Shown here: positions 1 to 8,878 of the stretch, in pieces | Layout of the letters: every line of letters begins with the position of its first letter | How positions within the stretch are numbered: position 1 is the first letter of the stretch | From: Nitrospira sp. CG24E | GTDB taxonomy: Bacteria > Nitrospirota > Nitrospiria > Nitrospirales > Nitrospiraceae | Direction: 5' to 3' | Assembly: GCA_002869895.2 (NCBI GenBank) | Contig: NEWP02000009.1 | Span: forward strand, 24,601 to 88,600 | Length of the DNA: 64,000 nucleotides | Translations under genes and position numbers: made by a program | Notes under the pieces: generated by a model | Database searches by the model: none | Seen by the model: the letters and a program-made list of their open reading frames with translations, nothing else | What the model was told of the DNA's origin: nothing

Positions 1-344
1 TCTCGACCGAATCGCGGACGCTGATCGTCCGGGCCAGAAGCAAACGCCTGCAACCGCAGGAATACACGGACGCCACCTTCTCGATTTCAAACCTGGGCAT
101 GTTCGACGTGGAAAATTTCATCGCCATCCTCATCCCTCCTCAGGCAGCATCCATCGCTGTCGGTAGCATCCGTGACGTACCGGTCGTCAAAGACGGCACG
201 GTCAAGGTAGGCCATCGGATGAAAGTGACGTTATCCTGTGACCACCGGGCTCTAGATGGTGTGCAGGGAGCCGGTTTCCTGAAAGAGTTCAAACGTATTC
301 TTGAGCACCCCACGGAGTTACTCCCATCGAAGGAGACTCCATGA
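1..344 (+). CDS. 2-oxoacid dehydrogenase E2 (dihydrolipoyl acyltransferase), C-terminal fragment; 5' end lies outside the window
   Basis: Frame is open from base 3. Translation ...TFSISNLGMFDV...LSCDHRALDGVQGAGFLKEFKRILEHP carries the E2 catalytic DHR..DG motif. Stop overlaps the lipA start (ATGA). Confidence 0.85.
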   Translation, partial: STESRTLIVRARSKRLQPQEYTDATFSISNLGMFDVENFIAILIPPQAASIAVGSIRDVPVVKDGTVKVGHRMKVTLSCDHRALDGVQGAGFLKEFKRILEHPTELLPSKETP

Positions 345-1279
345 GTTTTATCCCCCTAAGCCAACTCCGATCTCCTGCAGCTGATGCTTCCTCTGCGATC
401 AGCCTTCAGCCTTCAGCCTTCAGCCACCGGCGCCTCCCGCCCTGGTTCAAAGTCGAAGCAAAAACCGGTCCAGACTATCTCGACGTCAAGCAGACAATGG
501 ATCGGCTTCAGCTCCATACCATCTGTGAAGAAGCGCGTTGCCCGAATCGATGGGAATGTTGGAACTCACGCACCGCGACGTTCCTCATCCTGGGCGATAT
601 CTGCACGAGACGATGCCACTACTGTTCCGTTGAGACCGGCCGGCCGGGGGCGATCGACCATGAAGAGCCGCAACGTGTTGCGGAAGCCATTCAGGCGTTG
701 GGCCTTCGCCATGCTGTGATCACATCGGTGAATCGGGACGAACTGGAAGACGGCGGCGCCGCAATCTTTGCTCAAACCATCCGGCAGACGAGACAGCTCA
801 GTCCTGGTTGTACAATCGAAGTGCTGATTCCGGATTTCGAAGGGAATGAGGCTGCGCTTGCAGCAGTCTGTAGCGAGAAGCCGGAAATTCTCAATCACAA
901 CATCGAAACCGTTCGGCGGCTATTCCCGGCAATTAGGCCACAGGGAAAGTACCAGCGCTCGATCGAGTTACTCGGTAAGGCGAAGCAGTTGGGCATGAAG
1001 ACCAAGTCCGGGTTGATCCTCGGGATGGGAGAAACGCTGGACGAGGCCCGCGGGGTCATGCGCGATCTCCGCTCTGTCGGTTGCGACATCATGACCATCG
1101 GGCAATATCTCCAGCCGACGAGAGAACATTTGCCGGTCGCCCGTTTTTACAATCCCAGCGAGTTTGCTCAGTTAAAGGAGGAGGGGATGGCCCTGGGGTT
1201 CAGCCACGTCGAATCAGGCCCGCTGGTCCGCAGTTCCTATCACGCCGAACAGCACGCAACAAGCGATCGTAGGATCTAA
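341..1279 (+). CDS. lipA: lipoyl synthase
   Basis: CPNRWECW and radical-SAM CTRRCHYCSV cysteine motifs; 312 aa; translationally coupled to the E2 gene. Confidence 0.93.
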   Translation: MSFIPLSQLRSPAADASSAISLQPSAFSHRRLPPWFKVEAKTGPDYLDVKQTMDRLQLHTICEEARCPNRWECWNSRTATFLILGDICTRRCHYCSVETGRPGAIDHEEPQRVAEAIQALGLRHAVITSVNRDELEDGGAAIFAQTIRQTRQLSPGCTIEVLIPDFEGNEAALAAVCSEKPEILNHNIETVRRLFPAIRPQGKYQRSIELLGKAKQLGMKTKSGLILGMGETLDEARGVMRDLRSVGCDIMTIGQYLQPTREHLPVARFYNPSEFAQLKEEGMALGFSHVESGPLVRSSYHAEQHATSDRRI

Positions 1280-1338
1280 CTGGCTATAGTGCTGTGCGAA
1301 GGATGCCGGCTGACCAAGCTGCTCAATGGCCATTTGCT

Positions 1339-1554
1339 TCACACCCGCACAAAGTACGGAATGGCCATTAACAATATACCGACAGCGACTAGAAGGTACA
1401 CGTTGGCAATGAAGTAGGGCACGACACAGAGCGCGATCCCTGCGATGAGAGGCACGACGGCCTTTTGCTTTTTGCCATAGAGGAAAAAGCCGAAACCAAT
1501 TGATCCAAACAGTAATCCCCACAGCAACACCGATATGCTGCCAGTCTCAAACAT
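1339..1554 (-). CDS. small hydrophobic membrane protein (two predicted TM helices), unknown function
   Basis: 71-aa ORF that is almost entirely hydrophobic (LLWGLLFGSIGFGFFLYGKKQK...). It fills the gap between lipA and vapC. Confidence 0.45.
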   Translation of the reverse strand: MFETGSISVLLWGLLFGSIGFGFFLYGKKQKAVVPLIAGIALCVVPYFIANVYLLVAVGILLMAIPYFVRV

Positions 1555-1615
1555 CTACAGATCTCATACCGATCACAAGCGCGAACCAGTCCCTCTTTCC
1601 CACGAGATCGGCCGC

Positions 1616-2029
1616 TCAATTGAGGATATCGACCTTCATAGGGCGGTGCCCACGGCGGATGCGGTATCGCTGAAAATCGGCGAGGTCGAGCGTGAAAATC
1701 TTGGTGGTGCGCAGAGATTCTGCCGCCACAATGAGCGAGGCGTCCGCCAGATCCATCGGGTGGTCTCCATACTGTTCCATCAACTCGAACGCTCGCGCTA
1801 TGGCCGCGTGGTCCATGAACCAGGGGGAGACTCCTCCATTAACAACGAAATCGCGTAATCGATCGGCCCCAATACTGTTCGGGGTCAGAAGATGGAACGC
1901 TTCGGTCAGCACTGGAATAGTGGTGAAGAGCGTATCTCGAATGGTGCTCAGGATCTCTCTACATCGGCCATGTTCCGCATCTTGTGGATCGAACAGTGCC
2001 ACGAACGGCCCGGTATCCACGAGAATCAT
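1616..2029 (-). CDS. vapC: PIN-domain toxin, VapC family
   Basis: N-terminal MILVDTGPFVALFD with acidic PIN residues; 137 aa; 4-nt overlap with the upstream RHH gene. Confidence 0.8.
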   Translation of the reverse strand: MILVDTGPFVALFDPQDAEHGRCREILSTIRDTLFTTIPVLTEAFHLLTPNSIGADRLRDFVVNGGVSPWFMDHAAIARAFELMEQYGDHPMDLADASLIVAAESLRTTKIFTLDLADFQRYRIRRGHRPMKVDILN

Positions 2030-2286
2030 CGGCGGGATTTCTTCCGCAGGGCAATCTGCATTCCACGGCGCGTTTCGGTCGACGGCGCCAGCGCATAGCC
2101 GCCAGGTCCGAGATCGAGACTCCGGTAGATCTCGAACGGGGATTGCGGTGCACGACGACCCACTTCATCGCGCAAGACCAATACACCACGCTTCAGCGCA
2201 GAGGACACAGACCAGCCTGTTTTCTGAGTCACCTGTTTCAGCACTTTTTCAGTTTCATCGTCTAATCGAACTGTCCGAATCCCCAT
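2026..2286 (-). CDS. vapB: ribbon-helix-helix (CopG-like) antitoxin, VapB type
   Basis: MGIRTVRLDDETEKVLKQV... is a typical RHH N-terminus; 86 aa; overlaps the vapC start. Confidence 0.7.
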   Translation of the reverse strand: MGIRTVRLDDETEKVLKQVTQKTGWSVSSALKRGVLVLRDEVGRRAPQSPFEIYRSLDLGPGGYALAPSTETRRGMQIALRKKSRR

Positions 2287-2343
2287 CGAACCCTCCCAGC
2301 ATTACAAATGTCATACGTAATGTAATACACGTGCGAGGTTACG

Positions 2344-4041
2344 TCAACTTACGATTGATCCATGACTTGCCGAAGCATGAGACAGGCCCGGCTGCTTGCC
2401 CCCGGCCAGAGCTTTGCCGATCAAGGCCTGAGCCTCCTCCTGAATTCTCTTCAGATGATCTTTCCCCTTGAAGCTCTCGGCATAGAGCTTATACACATCC
2501 TCGGTGCCGGAGGGGCGGGCGGCGAACCACCCTTGCTCGGTCACGACTTTCAATCCGCCGATTGAGGCGCCATTACCAGGGGCTGCCGTGAGTTTGGCGA
2601 CAATTGTGTCGCCGGCCAGCTCTGCGGCCTGTACTTGATCTGCTGAGAGTTTCGACAGGATGGTCTTCTGTTCCGGCGTCGCTGGCGCATCGATTCGCTC
2701 GTAGACCGGCTCTCCAAGTTCTTTCGTCAGATCTCGGTACAGTTCACCGGGATCACGGCCGGTCTTGGCCATCATCTCGGCTGACAGAAGATTCATAATG
2801 ATGCCGTCTTTGTCCGTAGTCCAGACTGTGCCATCACGACGTAGAAATGACGCCCCGGCGCTTTCTTCACCACCGAAGCCAAGCGTCCCATCAAGCAGCC
2901 CATTGACGAACCACTTGAATCCAACCGGCACTTCGAGCAGCTTGCGTGGGATCTTCATGGCCACACGATCGATCAGGCTGCTACTGACGAGCGTTTTCCC
3001 AATGGCTGCCTCTTTTTTCCACCCAGGGCGCTGAGCAAAGAGGTATGCGATCGCGACAGCGAGATAATGGTTGGGGTTCATGAGGCCGGACGTGCGGGTG
3101 ACAATCCCATGCCGGTCATTATCCGCATCGTTCCCGAAGGCGACATCGAAACGATCTTTCAGGGCGATAAGATTCGCCATGGCAGAGGGAGACGAACAGT
3201 CCATACGAATCTTGCCGTCCCAATCGAGCGGCATGAATCGGAAGGTTGGATCGACGGCAGGATTCACGATCTCGATGTTCAACCCATATCGCTCTACTAT
3301 CGGTTGCCAGTAGGCGACACCGGATCCGCCGAGGGGATCGATACCAAGTTTCAGTTTCGTGGATCGGATCACGTCCATGTCGATGATCTGCGCGAGATCG
3401 TTAATGTAGGCAACGAGGTAATCATGAGGCTTGGTGGTTGAGGCTCGTTTGGCACGATCATAGGAAAGGCGCCGGATACCCTGCAGATCGGCCTTTATCA
3501 GATCGTTGGCGCGGCCCTCAATCCATTTCGTCACCGCTGCGTCGGCCGGTCCACCATGCGGTGGATTGTACTTGATGCCACCGTCCTCCGGCGGGTTGTG
3601 CGACGGTGTGATGACAATACCGTCTGCTAGGCCTAAATTCCTGCCTCGATTGTATGTCAGGATCGCATGGGAGATGACGGGGGTCGGCGTATAGCCGCCA
3701 TCCCGGTCCACCATCACCTCGACAGCATTGGCCGCCAGTACCTCGAGGACCGTGGCAAATGCCGGTTCAGACAGGGCATGTGTGTCCATCCCTAGATAGA
3801 GCGGGCCGGTAATATTTTGCTGACTCCGATACTCATAGATTGCCTGCGCAACGGCGACAATATGAACTTCGTTAAAGCTTTGCTTGAAGGATGTGCCTCG
3901 ATGTCCCGATGTCCCGAAGGCAACGCGCTGTTCGCGCAAATTCGCATCCGGCTTTTCTGTGTAGTAGGCGGTGATGAGACGCGGGACATTGACCAGCATT
4001 GACGCTGGTACCGGTTGACCTGCAAGAGGATGATTGGCCAC
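2344..4041 (-). CDS. pgm: phosphoglucomutase, alpha-D-glucose-phosphate specific
   Basis: [10 protein letters not shown] and [15 protein letters not shown] active-site motifs; 565 aa; N-terminus is collinear with the enterobacterial Pgm pattern. Confidence 0.92.
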   Translation of the reverse strand: MANHPLAGQPVPASMLVNVPRLITAYYTEKPDANLREQRVAFGTSGHRGTSFKQSFNEVHIVAVAQAIYEYRSQQNITGPLYLGMDTHALSEPAFATVLEVLAANAVEVMVDRDGGYTPTPVISHAILTYNRGRNLGLADGIVITPSHNPPEDGGIKYNPPHGGPADAAVTKWIEGRANDLIKADLQGIRRLSYDRAKRASTTKPHDYLVAYINDLAQIIDMDVIRSTKLKLGIDPLGGSGVAYWQPIVERYGLNIEIVNPAVDPTFRFMPLDWDGKIRMDCSSPSAMANLIALKDRFDVAFGNDADNDRHGIVTRTSGLMNPNHYLAVAIAYLFAQRPGWKKEAAIGKTLVSSSLIDRVAMKIPRKLLEVPVGFKWFVNGLLDGTLGFGGEESAGASFLRRDGTVWTTDKDGIIMNLLSAEMMAKTGRDPGELYRDLTKELGEPVYERIDAPATPEQKTILSKLSADQVQAAELAGDTIVAKLTAAPGNGASIGGLKVVTEQGWFAARPSGTEDVYKLYAESFKGKDHLKRIQEEAQALIGKALAGGKQPGLSHASASHGSIVS

Positions 4042-4282
4042 GATCTGGTCCTTTGGTTTGAGGGGTCAACGACGTATGATCGCGCTGTGTATCCCCTCGG
4101 CAGTACCACTGTCAAGGGGGAGGATCGATGCACAAGAGAGAGGTGTAATTGCAAAGCCTGAGGTGGCCCCATCTCTTTTCCCCTTTGACTCTCTCCGCAA
4201 AACTCGTAGAATCCTCTTCAAGCCACGCGGGGCATGTGTGATTGCAAGACCCCATTTTCGGTCCAGAAAGTGGAGCTGGCGT

Positions 4283-4310
4283 GAGAAAACGTAGAATGTC
4301 CCCGTTTTCT
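4283..4310. repeat. solo copy of the terminal motif GAAAACGTAGAATGTCCCCGTTTTCT (GTAGAATG..CCCCGTTTTC family)
   Basis: Same about 26-nt stem-loop motif as at 26122-26148, 27484-27510 and 29422-29448, and inverted at 5871-5895. It abuts the truncated 5' end of the Rhs tip. Confidence 0.75.
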
Positions 4311-4356
4311 GCACCAACGATTTATTTCACAAGACCCATTTGGAATCGCTGGTGGA

Positions 4357-4905
4357 GTGAATCCCTATTCCTATGCGCGTAATAATCCGATCCAGTTTAT
4401 GGATCCAGATGGATTATTTTCGGGAGGCAACCATAAGAAGATTGCGACGCGAGCACTGAAGGAGGAAGAATGCAGTGATAATTTTATTGAGAAAGCTGTT
4501 AATGCAAATGTGAAGGAAGATAAGGATCTTAAGGCCCCAACTCTTAAGCCTGAATGGGCCAATCGGCATGGACAGTTAGAATACGAAGGTCAACCGATAA
4601 ACCAGGCCCTAGCCAATTGTGCCAGCCGCGTGAATGAGCAGTTGGCGTTGGGAACAGCTGAAGGTCTCGGAAAGGCGATGCATTCAGTGGAGGATCCTTA
4701 TTCTCGTTCGCACCAATGGAAACCCGCACTTCCCGAACCTTCTATTCTGGATCCAGAACACTGGGGAGACTGGCTTGAGCATGCAATAGCAGATTACTTC
4801 CCCAGTGGTGATGAAATTGGTGCAGCCGTTAAAGAGGATATCAAGCTGATTCGTAAGTGGAAGGATCTGATGCGGAAAAAAGGAAAGGATGATTCCTGCC
4901 AATGA
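4357..4905 (+). CDS. orphan Rhs C-terminal tip plus toxin domain (Zn-dependent phospholipase C-like by motif)
   Basis: Frame is open from 4285. It reads RFISQDPFGIAGGVNPYSYARNNPIQFMDPDGL, the Rhs core-end motif, followed by a variable domain with GGNHKKIATRAL and LGKAMHSVEDPYSRSH. AT-richer than its flanks. No Rhs body lies upstream. Confidence 0.75.
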   Translation: MNPYSYARNNPIQFMDPDGLFSGGNHKKIATRALKEEECSDNFIEKAVNANVKEDKDLKAPTLKPEWANRHGQLEYEGQPINQALANCASRVNEQLALGTAEGLGKAMHSVEDPYSRSHQWKPALPEPSILDPEHWGDWLEHAIADYFPSGDEIGAAVKEDIKLIRKWKDLMRKKGKDDSCQ

Positions 4906-5750
4906 GCGGCGCACTCCTTTCAGCAGTCGTATTTTCTGCTGCGCTGATGAATGTGGAAGCGGATTCGCTGCCCTTTCTTGATCCGCCCTCTCCCTGGTGG
5001 CCGTCCTATTCCTACGCCTTTCGTGGAGGTAACTCCATCTTGCGTGAACAAGGAGAAAAGCTACTTCTTCAAGACTACAAGCGACCAGGGTATAGCGCGT
5101 ATGCGATCATCGCGCTTATCGACTTCGACTATGAAGGAGTCCGCGATACGCTAAGACTATTAGTCAGGGAACGGTGGGGAATCGTAGAGGAACAGGACAA
5201 CAGCACGGGGCCGATACGAGACGATTCAACGATGTATAAAGCAGAGGGCTACCACTCACCCATCAATATCATCAACGACAATCTCCGCTGGCCCATCCTG
5301 GGCCAAGGACTCACGCGGCTTGCCGGCCCGCTTGCTTCAGGAACGGCTCGAGAATATCAGCTGACGAGTCAGCCGTACAACAAGATTGAATCGTTGAACG
5401 GCTTTTCGCAGGTGGTGATTCGGGTCAGTGACGGGAATCCACTATTTGACTACCCTGTCACGATCTTGCAATTGACTCGCACCGACCGGTCTCGTGAATG
5501 GGCACGGACACACGACTTTCACGGCGTCATACCGCTTCCATACAAAGAGGAATGGTGGAGCGTGGGCATCGTCACCAGCTCAGAAATTGACCTCATCGAA
5601 GAGTTGAAGCGATCCATACCTGGGATTTCTGTTCGGTACTTTGTGGTTTCAGGAGGGTTTCTATCGGACCTTCCAGAAGAACGGTTAAAGAACGTAGAAG
5701 CAATCCGGAAGAAAATGGAAGAAGTCGTTGAACAACTTAACAAGCGATAA
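4902..5750 (+). CDS. putative cognate immunity protein of the Rhs-tip toxin
   Basis: ATGA start/stop overlap with the toxin ORF; 282 aa; no recognisable motif. The call is by position only. Confidence 0.5.
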   Translation: MSGALLSAVVFSAALMNVEADSLPFLDPPSPWWPSYSYAFRGGNSILREQGEKLLLQDYKRPGYSAYAIIALIDFDYEGVRDTLRLLVRERWGIVEEQDNSTGPIRDDSTMYKAEGYHSPINIINDNLRWPILGQGLTRLAGPLASGTAREYQLTSQPYNKIESLNGFSQVVIRVSDGNPLFDYPVTILQLTRTDRSREWARTHDFHGVIPLPYKEEWWSVGIVTSSEIDLIEELKRSIPGISVRYFVVSGGFLSDLPEERLKNVEAIRKKMEEVVEQLNKR

Positions 5751-5870
5751 TCCCATACCGAAATAGGGGTGCCTATGAATAGGGAAAGGAGAGGGAAGAT
5801 GAAGCTTTCGAAGTGTTCTGTTCTTGCTTTAGCCGGGTTATGTATTGTTGCGGCAAGTGTAATTAGCAGG

Positions 5871-5895
5871 GAAGAAAACGGGGACATTCTGCATT
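5871..5895. repeat. inverted solo copy of the GAAAACGGGG.CATTCT.C motif
   Basis: GAAGAAAACGGGGACATTCTGCATT is the reverse complement of the motif at 26122-26148. Confidence 0.65.
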
Positions 5896-5920
5896 GTTTG
5901 GACGACCAATCGGGATAGAC

Positions 5921-6028
5921 GGAATTACTCATGACAGCTGTGGCTGAAATAGAAACAAAGAGCGCTGAGCGACGTTGGGGCGCAATGGCTCGCGTGAGCG
6001 CTGACGCCAGCGGAAACTTTCTGTTCTC
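5921..6028. repeat. repeat Q (CTGAATTACTGATGGCTGCTGTGGCTGAAATAGAAACGAAGAGC...), copy 1
   Basis: About 105-nt near-duplicate of 6508-6613. Its first about 60 nt recur at 8260-8325. Confidence 0.85.
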
Positions 6029-6450
6029 GACTGTCCCGACGGGACCACAAGTCCTGCTAATCGATGGCCCGTCCGCACTCTATCCCGGAAGCCTGCCGGT
6101 GCAGACAACCATTCAACCCGGCATCGCAAACGTGTTGCCCTATCCGGTGTTCCTGCATGAAGTCGGACAGAACTATGTGCCGATTGCGCAGGGTGGGCAA
6201 ACCATCGTCGCGCCGCCCGATATTCCTGGCTTTAGCATGTTGATTCCGGCAGGCACCACGATCACCGGCTGGGACGGCCAGCCTAATGTGAAGGTCTCGG
6301 TGGTGCCGGTGCCCAACGATCGCTTGCCGATTCCGCAATTGCCGGCAAACGTCCCGGCCAAACAGGTCTACATGTTCAACTTCGGCAAACCGGGTGGCGG
6401 CTACCCGAGTCGGCCGATCCCCATCATCATGCCGGGGAAGAAAAAGGTGG
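5985..6450 (+). pseudogene. fragment of the N-terminal region of an Rhs-family / carboxypeptidase-regulatory-like wall protein
   Basis: ARVSADASGNFLFSTVPTGPQVLLIDG... reads as a beta-sandwich-type sequence. Both ends of ORF 5931-6491 are made of repeat sequence (Q on the left, P on the right). Confidence 0.45.
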
Positions 6451-6452
6451 GG

Positions 6453-6496
6453 GAAGAAAAAGGTGTCAGGAACCATTTTCCTCATGAATGAGAAAA
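6453..6496. repeat. repeat P (GGAAGAAAAAGGTGTCAGGAACCATTTTCCTCATGAATGAGAAA), palindrome-containing REP-like unit, copy 1
   Basis: Identical 44-mer at 8371-8414. Contains the imperfect palindrome TTTCCTCATGAATGAGAAA. A related AAAAAGGTGTCAGACAC sits at about 29546. Confidence 0.85.
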
Positions 6497-7285
6497 GTAT
6501 GGACAGTCTGAATTACTGATGGCTGCTGTGGCTGAAATAGAAACGAAGAGCCCGAGCGAAGTTGGGACGCGATGGCTTGCGTCACCGCCGACGCTAGCGG
6601 GAACTTCCTGTTCACCAGGGAGAAGAAGAAAAGGGGCCAGCAACTTTATGTTCGGGGGGCGCCCGCGTCGGCGCAACGTGGATTCCAGTCCCAGCGTGGC
6701 AGCGAGTTGTTGTTGCCACTCGGGTGCGCCAAACGGTTGTTGACGGTTCACACAGGTGCGGAGTGCGGTGAGTTCATGATCAACGAGCGGCTGATCCATC
6801 CACGTCGTCCAATCCTCTGGCAGCGGAATCGGCGACGGATCGGTGAGGTGGGGCCGGTGCAAACTCGACCAGGGCCATTGGCTGGTGTGTGCAACCAGCC
6901 CGGCACGGACCGGATTGCGGAGCACATAGCGCAGGACCGTGAGGAGATGGCCGTCCTCTTGAATGGGGAAGCTTTTGAAACGCCCTTGCCACACATGCCC
7001 CTGACTGCGGTAGTGCCGATGATAGCGGCGGACATGACTGGTCATCCACCACTGCATGAAGGGACTGAGCGCGGCGTCCGTCAGAGGTTGCACGACGAGA
7101 TGAAAATGATTCGGCATCAGACAGAAGCCCAAGAGTGTGACGGGATGCTTGGCTTTCGCCGTGGCGAGCAGGTCGAGGAAGGCGGTGTAGTCACCCTCCT
7201 TGTGGAAGACCGCAGCACCGCCGTTCCCGCGATTCAGGACATGGTAGGCGTGCCCGGCCACTTGACCGCGAGGAATCCGAGGCAT
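6482..7285 (-). CDS. IS200-like Y1 (HUH) transposase, REP-associated RayT type
   Basis: MPRIPRG..YHVLNRGN, HUH motif in LMPNHFHLVVQP, catalytic-Tyr region LRYVLRNPVRAGLV, then LGLESTLRRRGRP. The last about 45 codons read through repeats P/Q, so the true C-terminus is uncertain. Confidence 0.8.
   Translation of the reverse strand: MPRIPRGQVAGHAYHVLNRGNGGAAVFHKEGDYTAFLDLLATAKAKHPVTLLGFCLMPNHFHLVVQPLTDAALSPFMQWWMTSHVRRYHRHYRSQGHVWQGRFKSFPIQEDGHLLTVLRYVLRNPVRAGLVAHTSQWPWSSLHRPHLTDPSPIPLPEDWTTWMDQPLVDHELTALRTCVNRQQPFGAPEWQQQLAATLGLESTLRRRGRPPNIKLLAPFLLLPGEQEVPASVGGDASHRVPTSLGLFVSISATAAISNSDCPYFSHS
6508..6613. repeat. repeat Q, copy 2
   Basis: Near-identical to 5921-6028. Overlaps the 3' end of the transposase ORF. 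Confidence 0.85.
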
Positions 7286-7605
7286 GGCGTGAACAGGGTA
7301 GGGGAAATCGGGGGCTCAGGCAACAGAAAAGTAGCCTTGTATCTTACTTCGGTGTTCCTTCACGATATGTCTTCCGGTAACCCAGACGTGATAGACCGAC
7401 GTAGCCGAGGTCTTCAAAGACCGTGGGACAGCGCGGGTCGTCACGTCTACATTCTGAACAAGCCCGAACAGTTGCGTGGGCCATTGAGCCCGCATCGCAA
7501 GGCTGGGACACAGAATTGGGAGGCCGGGGTCTCTGGTCCGTCAGTTGTGGCATGCGTGCCTCTGAGTACGCAGGGGCGCCTCTGCGTGCTTGACAGTCAA
7601 GAAAG

Positions 7606-7917
7606 TTGCTGTCCCCTGCGCTCCCCCATGTAGTTGTGAGGGGTGGAACTAAGGATCTCCCACCGCCAGGTCAAACATTTTCTGGCGCAGCCGGACCAAC
7701 CTTAAATGATGCAGCAGCTGGAGTACCACATAACCAAATAAGAGCGACTACGGCTGGTGAGATCAGAGCTAGTGGTGGAACAGTAGTTCATGCTCCTGAA
7801 CCAACCAGGTCAGGAGCCATTAATGACAAGCATGTAAATATTTGTTCCGGATCTGGCCCTTGTCCTTTCGGGCCACTTCAACCCAATCCTGTGCCAAAGT
7901 CAAGGAGAGTGCAATGA
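7606..7917 (+). CDS. orphan polymorphic-toxin C-terminal fragment (family unknown)
   Basis: Markedly AT-richer block; ATGA overlap with a small downstream ORF; no N-terminal delivery domain. The start codon is arbitrary (frame opens just upstream). Confidence 0.4.
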   Translation: MLSPALPHVVVRGGTKDLPPPGQTFSGAAGPTLNDAAAGVPHNQIRATTAGEIRASGGTVVHAPEPTRSGAINDKHVNICSGSGPCPFGPLQPNPVPKSRRVQ

Positions 7918-8231
7918 GTAACAGAAAAGAAATCTGGCTCCAAATCGAATACGGTGAATTTCACGACATCCCTAGAGCATTTGTCGTGAATTGGAATGGT
8001 GAGTCGTACTTCTTTGACTGTGCCTTTAGTGGTGCAATAGATGACTATCCTGATGAATTTATCGTTTACAAATTGCGCCAAAATATTTCACGCAATGGAA
8101 ATACACTTCCTTGGACGGAGCTTCACACGTATGGAGAACGTGTTGGGTCTGTCAGAACTCAGGATGTAGTGTTTGATGAGTCTAAAAGAAAAGCAATTCG
8201 CGGGGATGTGTTTGACACATTCGTAATTTGA
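7914..8231 (+). CDS. putative immunity protein (105 aa)
   Basis: AAGGAGAG Shine-Dalgarno 6 nt before the ATG at 7914, which overlaps the toxin stop. Sequence is acidic and aromatic (YFFDCAFSGAIDDYPDEFIVY). Same low GC as the toxin fragment. Confidence 0.55.
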   Translation: MSNRKEIWLQIEYGEFHDIPRAFVVNWNGESYFFDCAFSGAIDDYPDEFIVYKLRQNISRNGNTLPWTELHTYGERVGSVRTQDVVFDESKRKAIRGDVFDTFVI

Positions 8232-8259
8232 TAACGTGAATTAGCAAAATAGGGACAGG

Positions 8260-8325
8260 CTGAATTACTGATGGCTGCTGTGGCTGAAACAGAAACGAAG
8301 AGCGCCGAGCGACGGGGGAATGCGA
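8260..8325. repeat. repeat Q, copy 3 (short)
   Basis: CTGAATTACTGATGGCTGCTGTGGCTGAAACAGAAACGAAGAGCGCCGAGCGACGGGGG. Confidence 0.85.
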
Positions 8326-8370
8326 TGTCCCGTCCGCGTGTCCGCGATGGAAAGGCACCGACCGTTGGGT

Positions 8371-8414
8371 GGAAGAAAAAGGTGTCAGGAACCATTTTCC
8401 TCATGAATGAGAAA
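8371..8414. repeat. repeat P, copy 2; flanked by the 26-nt direct repeat TGTCCCGTCCGCGTGTCCGCGATGGA (8326-8351 and 8428-8453)
   Basis: Exact 44-mer match to 6453-6496. Confidence 0.85.
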
Positions 8415-8658
8415 GATGGAGACAGGCTGTCCCGTCCGCGTGTCCGCGATGGAACGGCACTGAGCTTTGAGAGAGTTTTTCGACAAATGGCCCGGCTGAA
8501 GCAGCATCATGATGGGTTTTCTGAGCGCTGAAATGTCTCGAGATGAAATGACGATGACTGGTTTTTCTTCAAAAACACGCGTGCGACCAACGATGAACGT
8601 ACTTCGGCCCCGCCGCGTCTGCTCGCGGCCCGGACAGCGCTGGTCTACTTCCCTGTAC

Positions 8659-8826
8659 CTAGCCATCGCTGGTGAAGGAATGCTCGATGGTGGCTTCCCA
8701 TTGCCGTTCCCAGCGGCGCAACCAGCGGCGACTCTGACGAGTGGATGTGAAGACATCGACGCCCGCCCAGACTTCGGCGGGTGTTCTTCCCCGGAGATGC
8801 TGATGCGGACGAAGGTTGCGGGTCAG
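8659..8826 (-). pseudogene. C-terminal remnant of an rve-type integrase/transposase
   Basis: Reverse-strand translation LTRNLRPHQHLRGRTPAEVWAGVD...* matches the ..RPH..L.G.TP...W end of integrase core domains. No upstream body is present. Confidence 0.5.
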
Positions 8827-8869
8827 GTTGTCGGTTCTTGGTTGCCGGTTGCTGGTAGTGGGTTGTCGG
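8826..8869. repeat. left inverted repeat flanking the four-helix-bundle gene (GGTTG.C phased units)
   Basis: GGTTGCCGGTTGCTGGT pairs with 16/17 positions of AACCAGCAACCGACAACC in 9251-9277. Confidence 0.7.
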
Positions 8870-8878
8870 AGGGACAGG

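Noticed and set aside
1692-2471. 259-aa ORF on the plus strand
   Set aside because: It is antisense to the vapBC pair and the pgm 3' end. No motifs.
7344-7553. 69-aa minus-strand ORF with a CSEC..C cysteine pattern between RayT and the toxin fragment
   Set aside because: It has no SD, unusual composition, and overlaps the likely RayT promoter region. The evidence is insufficient.
6572-7633. 353-aa ORF on the plus strand
   Set aside because: It is antisense to the well-supported RayT gene, starts inside repeat Q, and has Arg/Gly/Pro-rich composition typical of GC-rich antisense frames.
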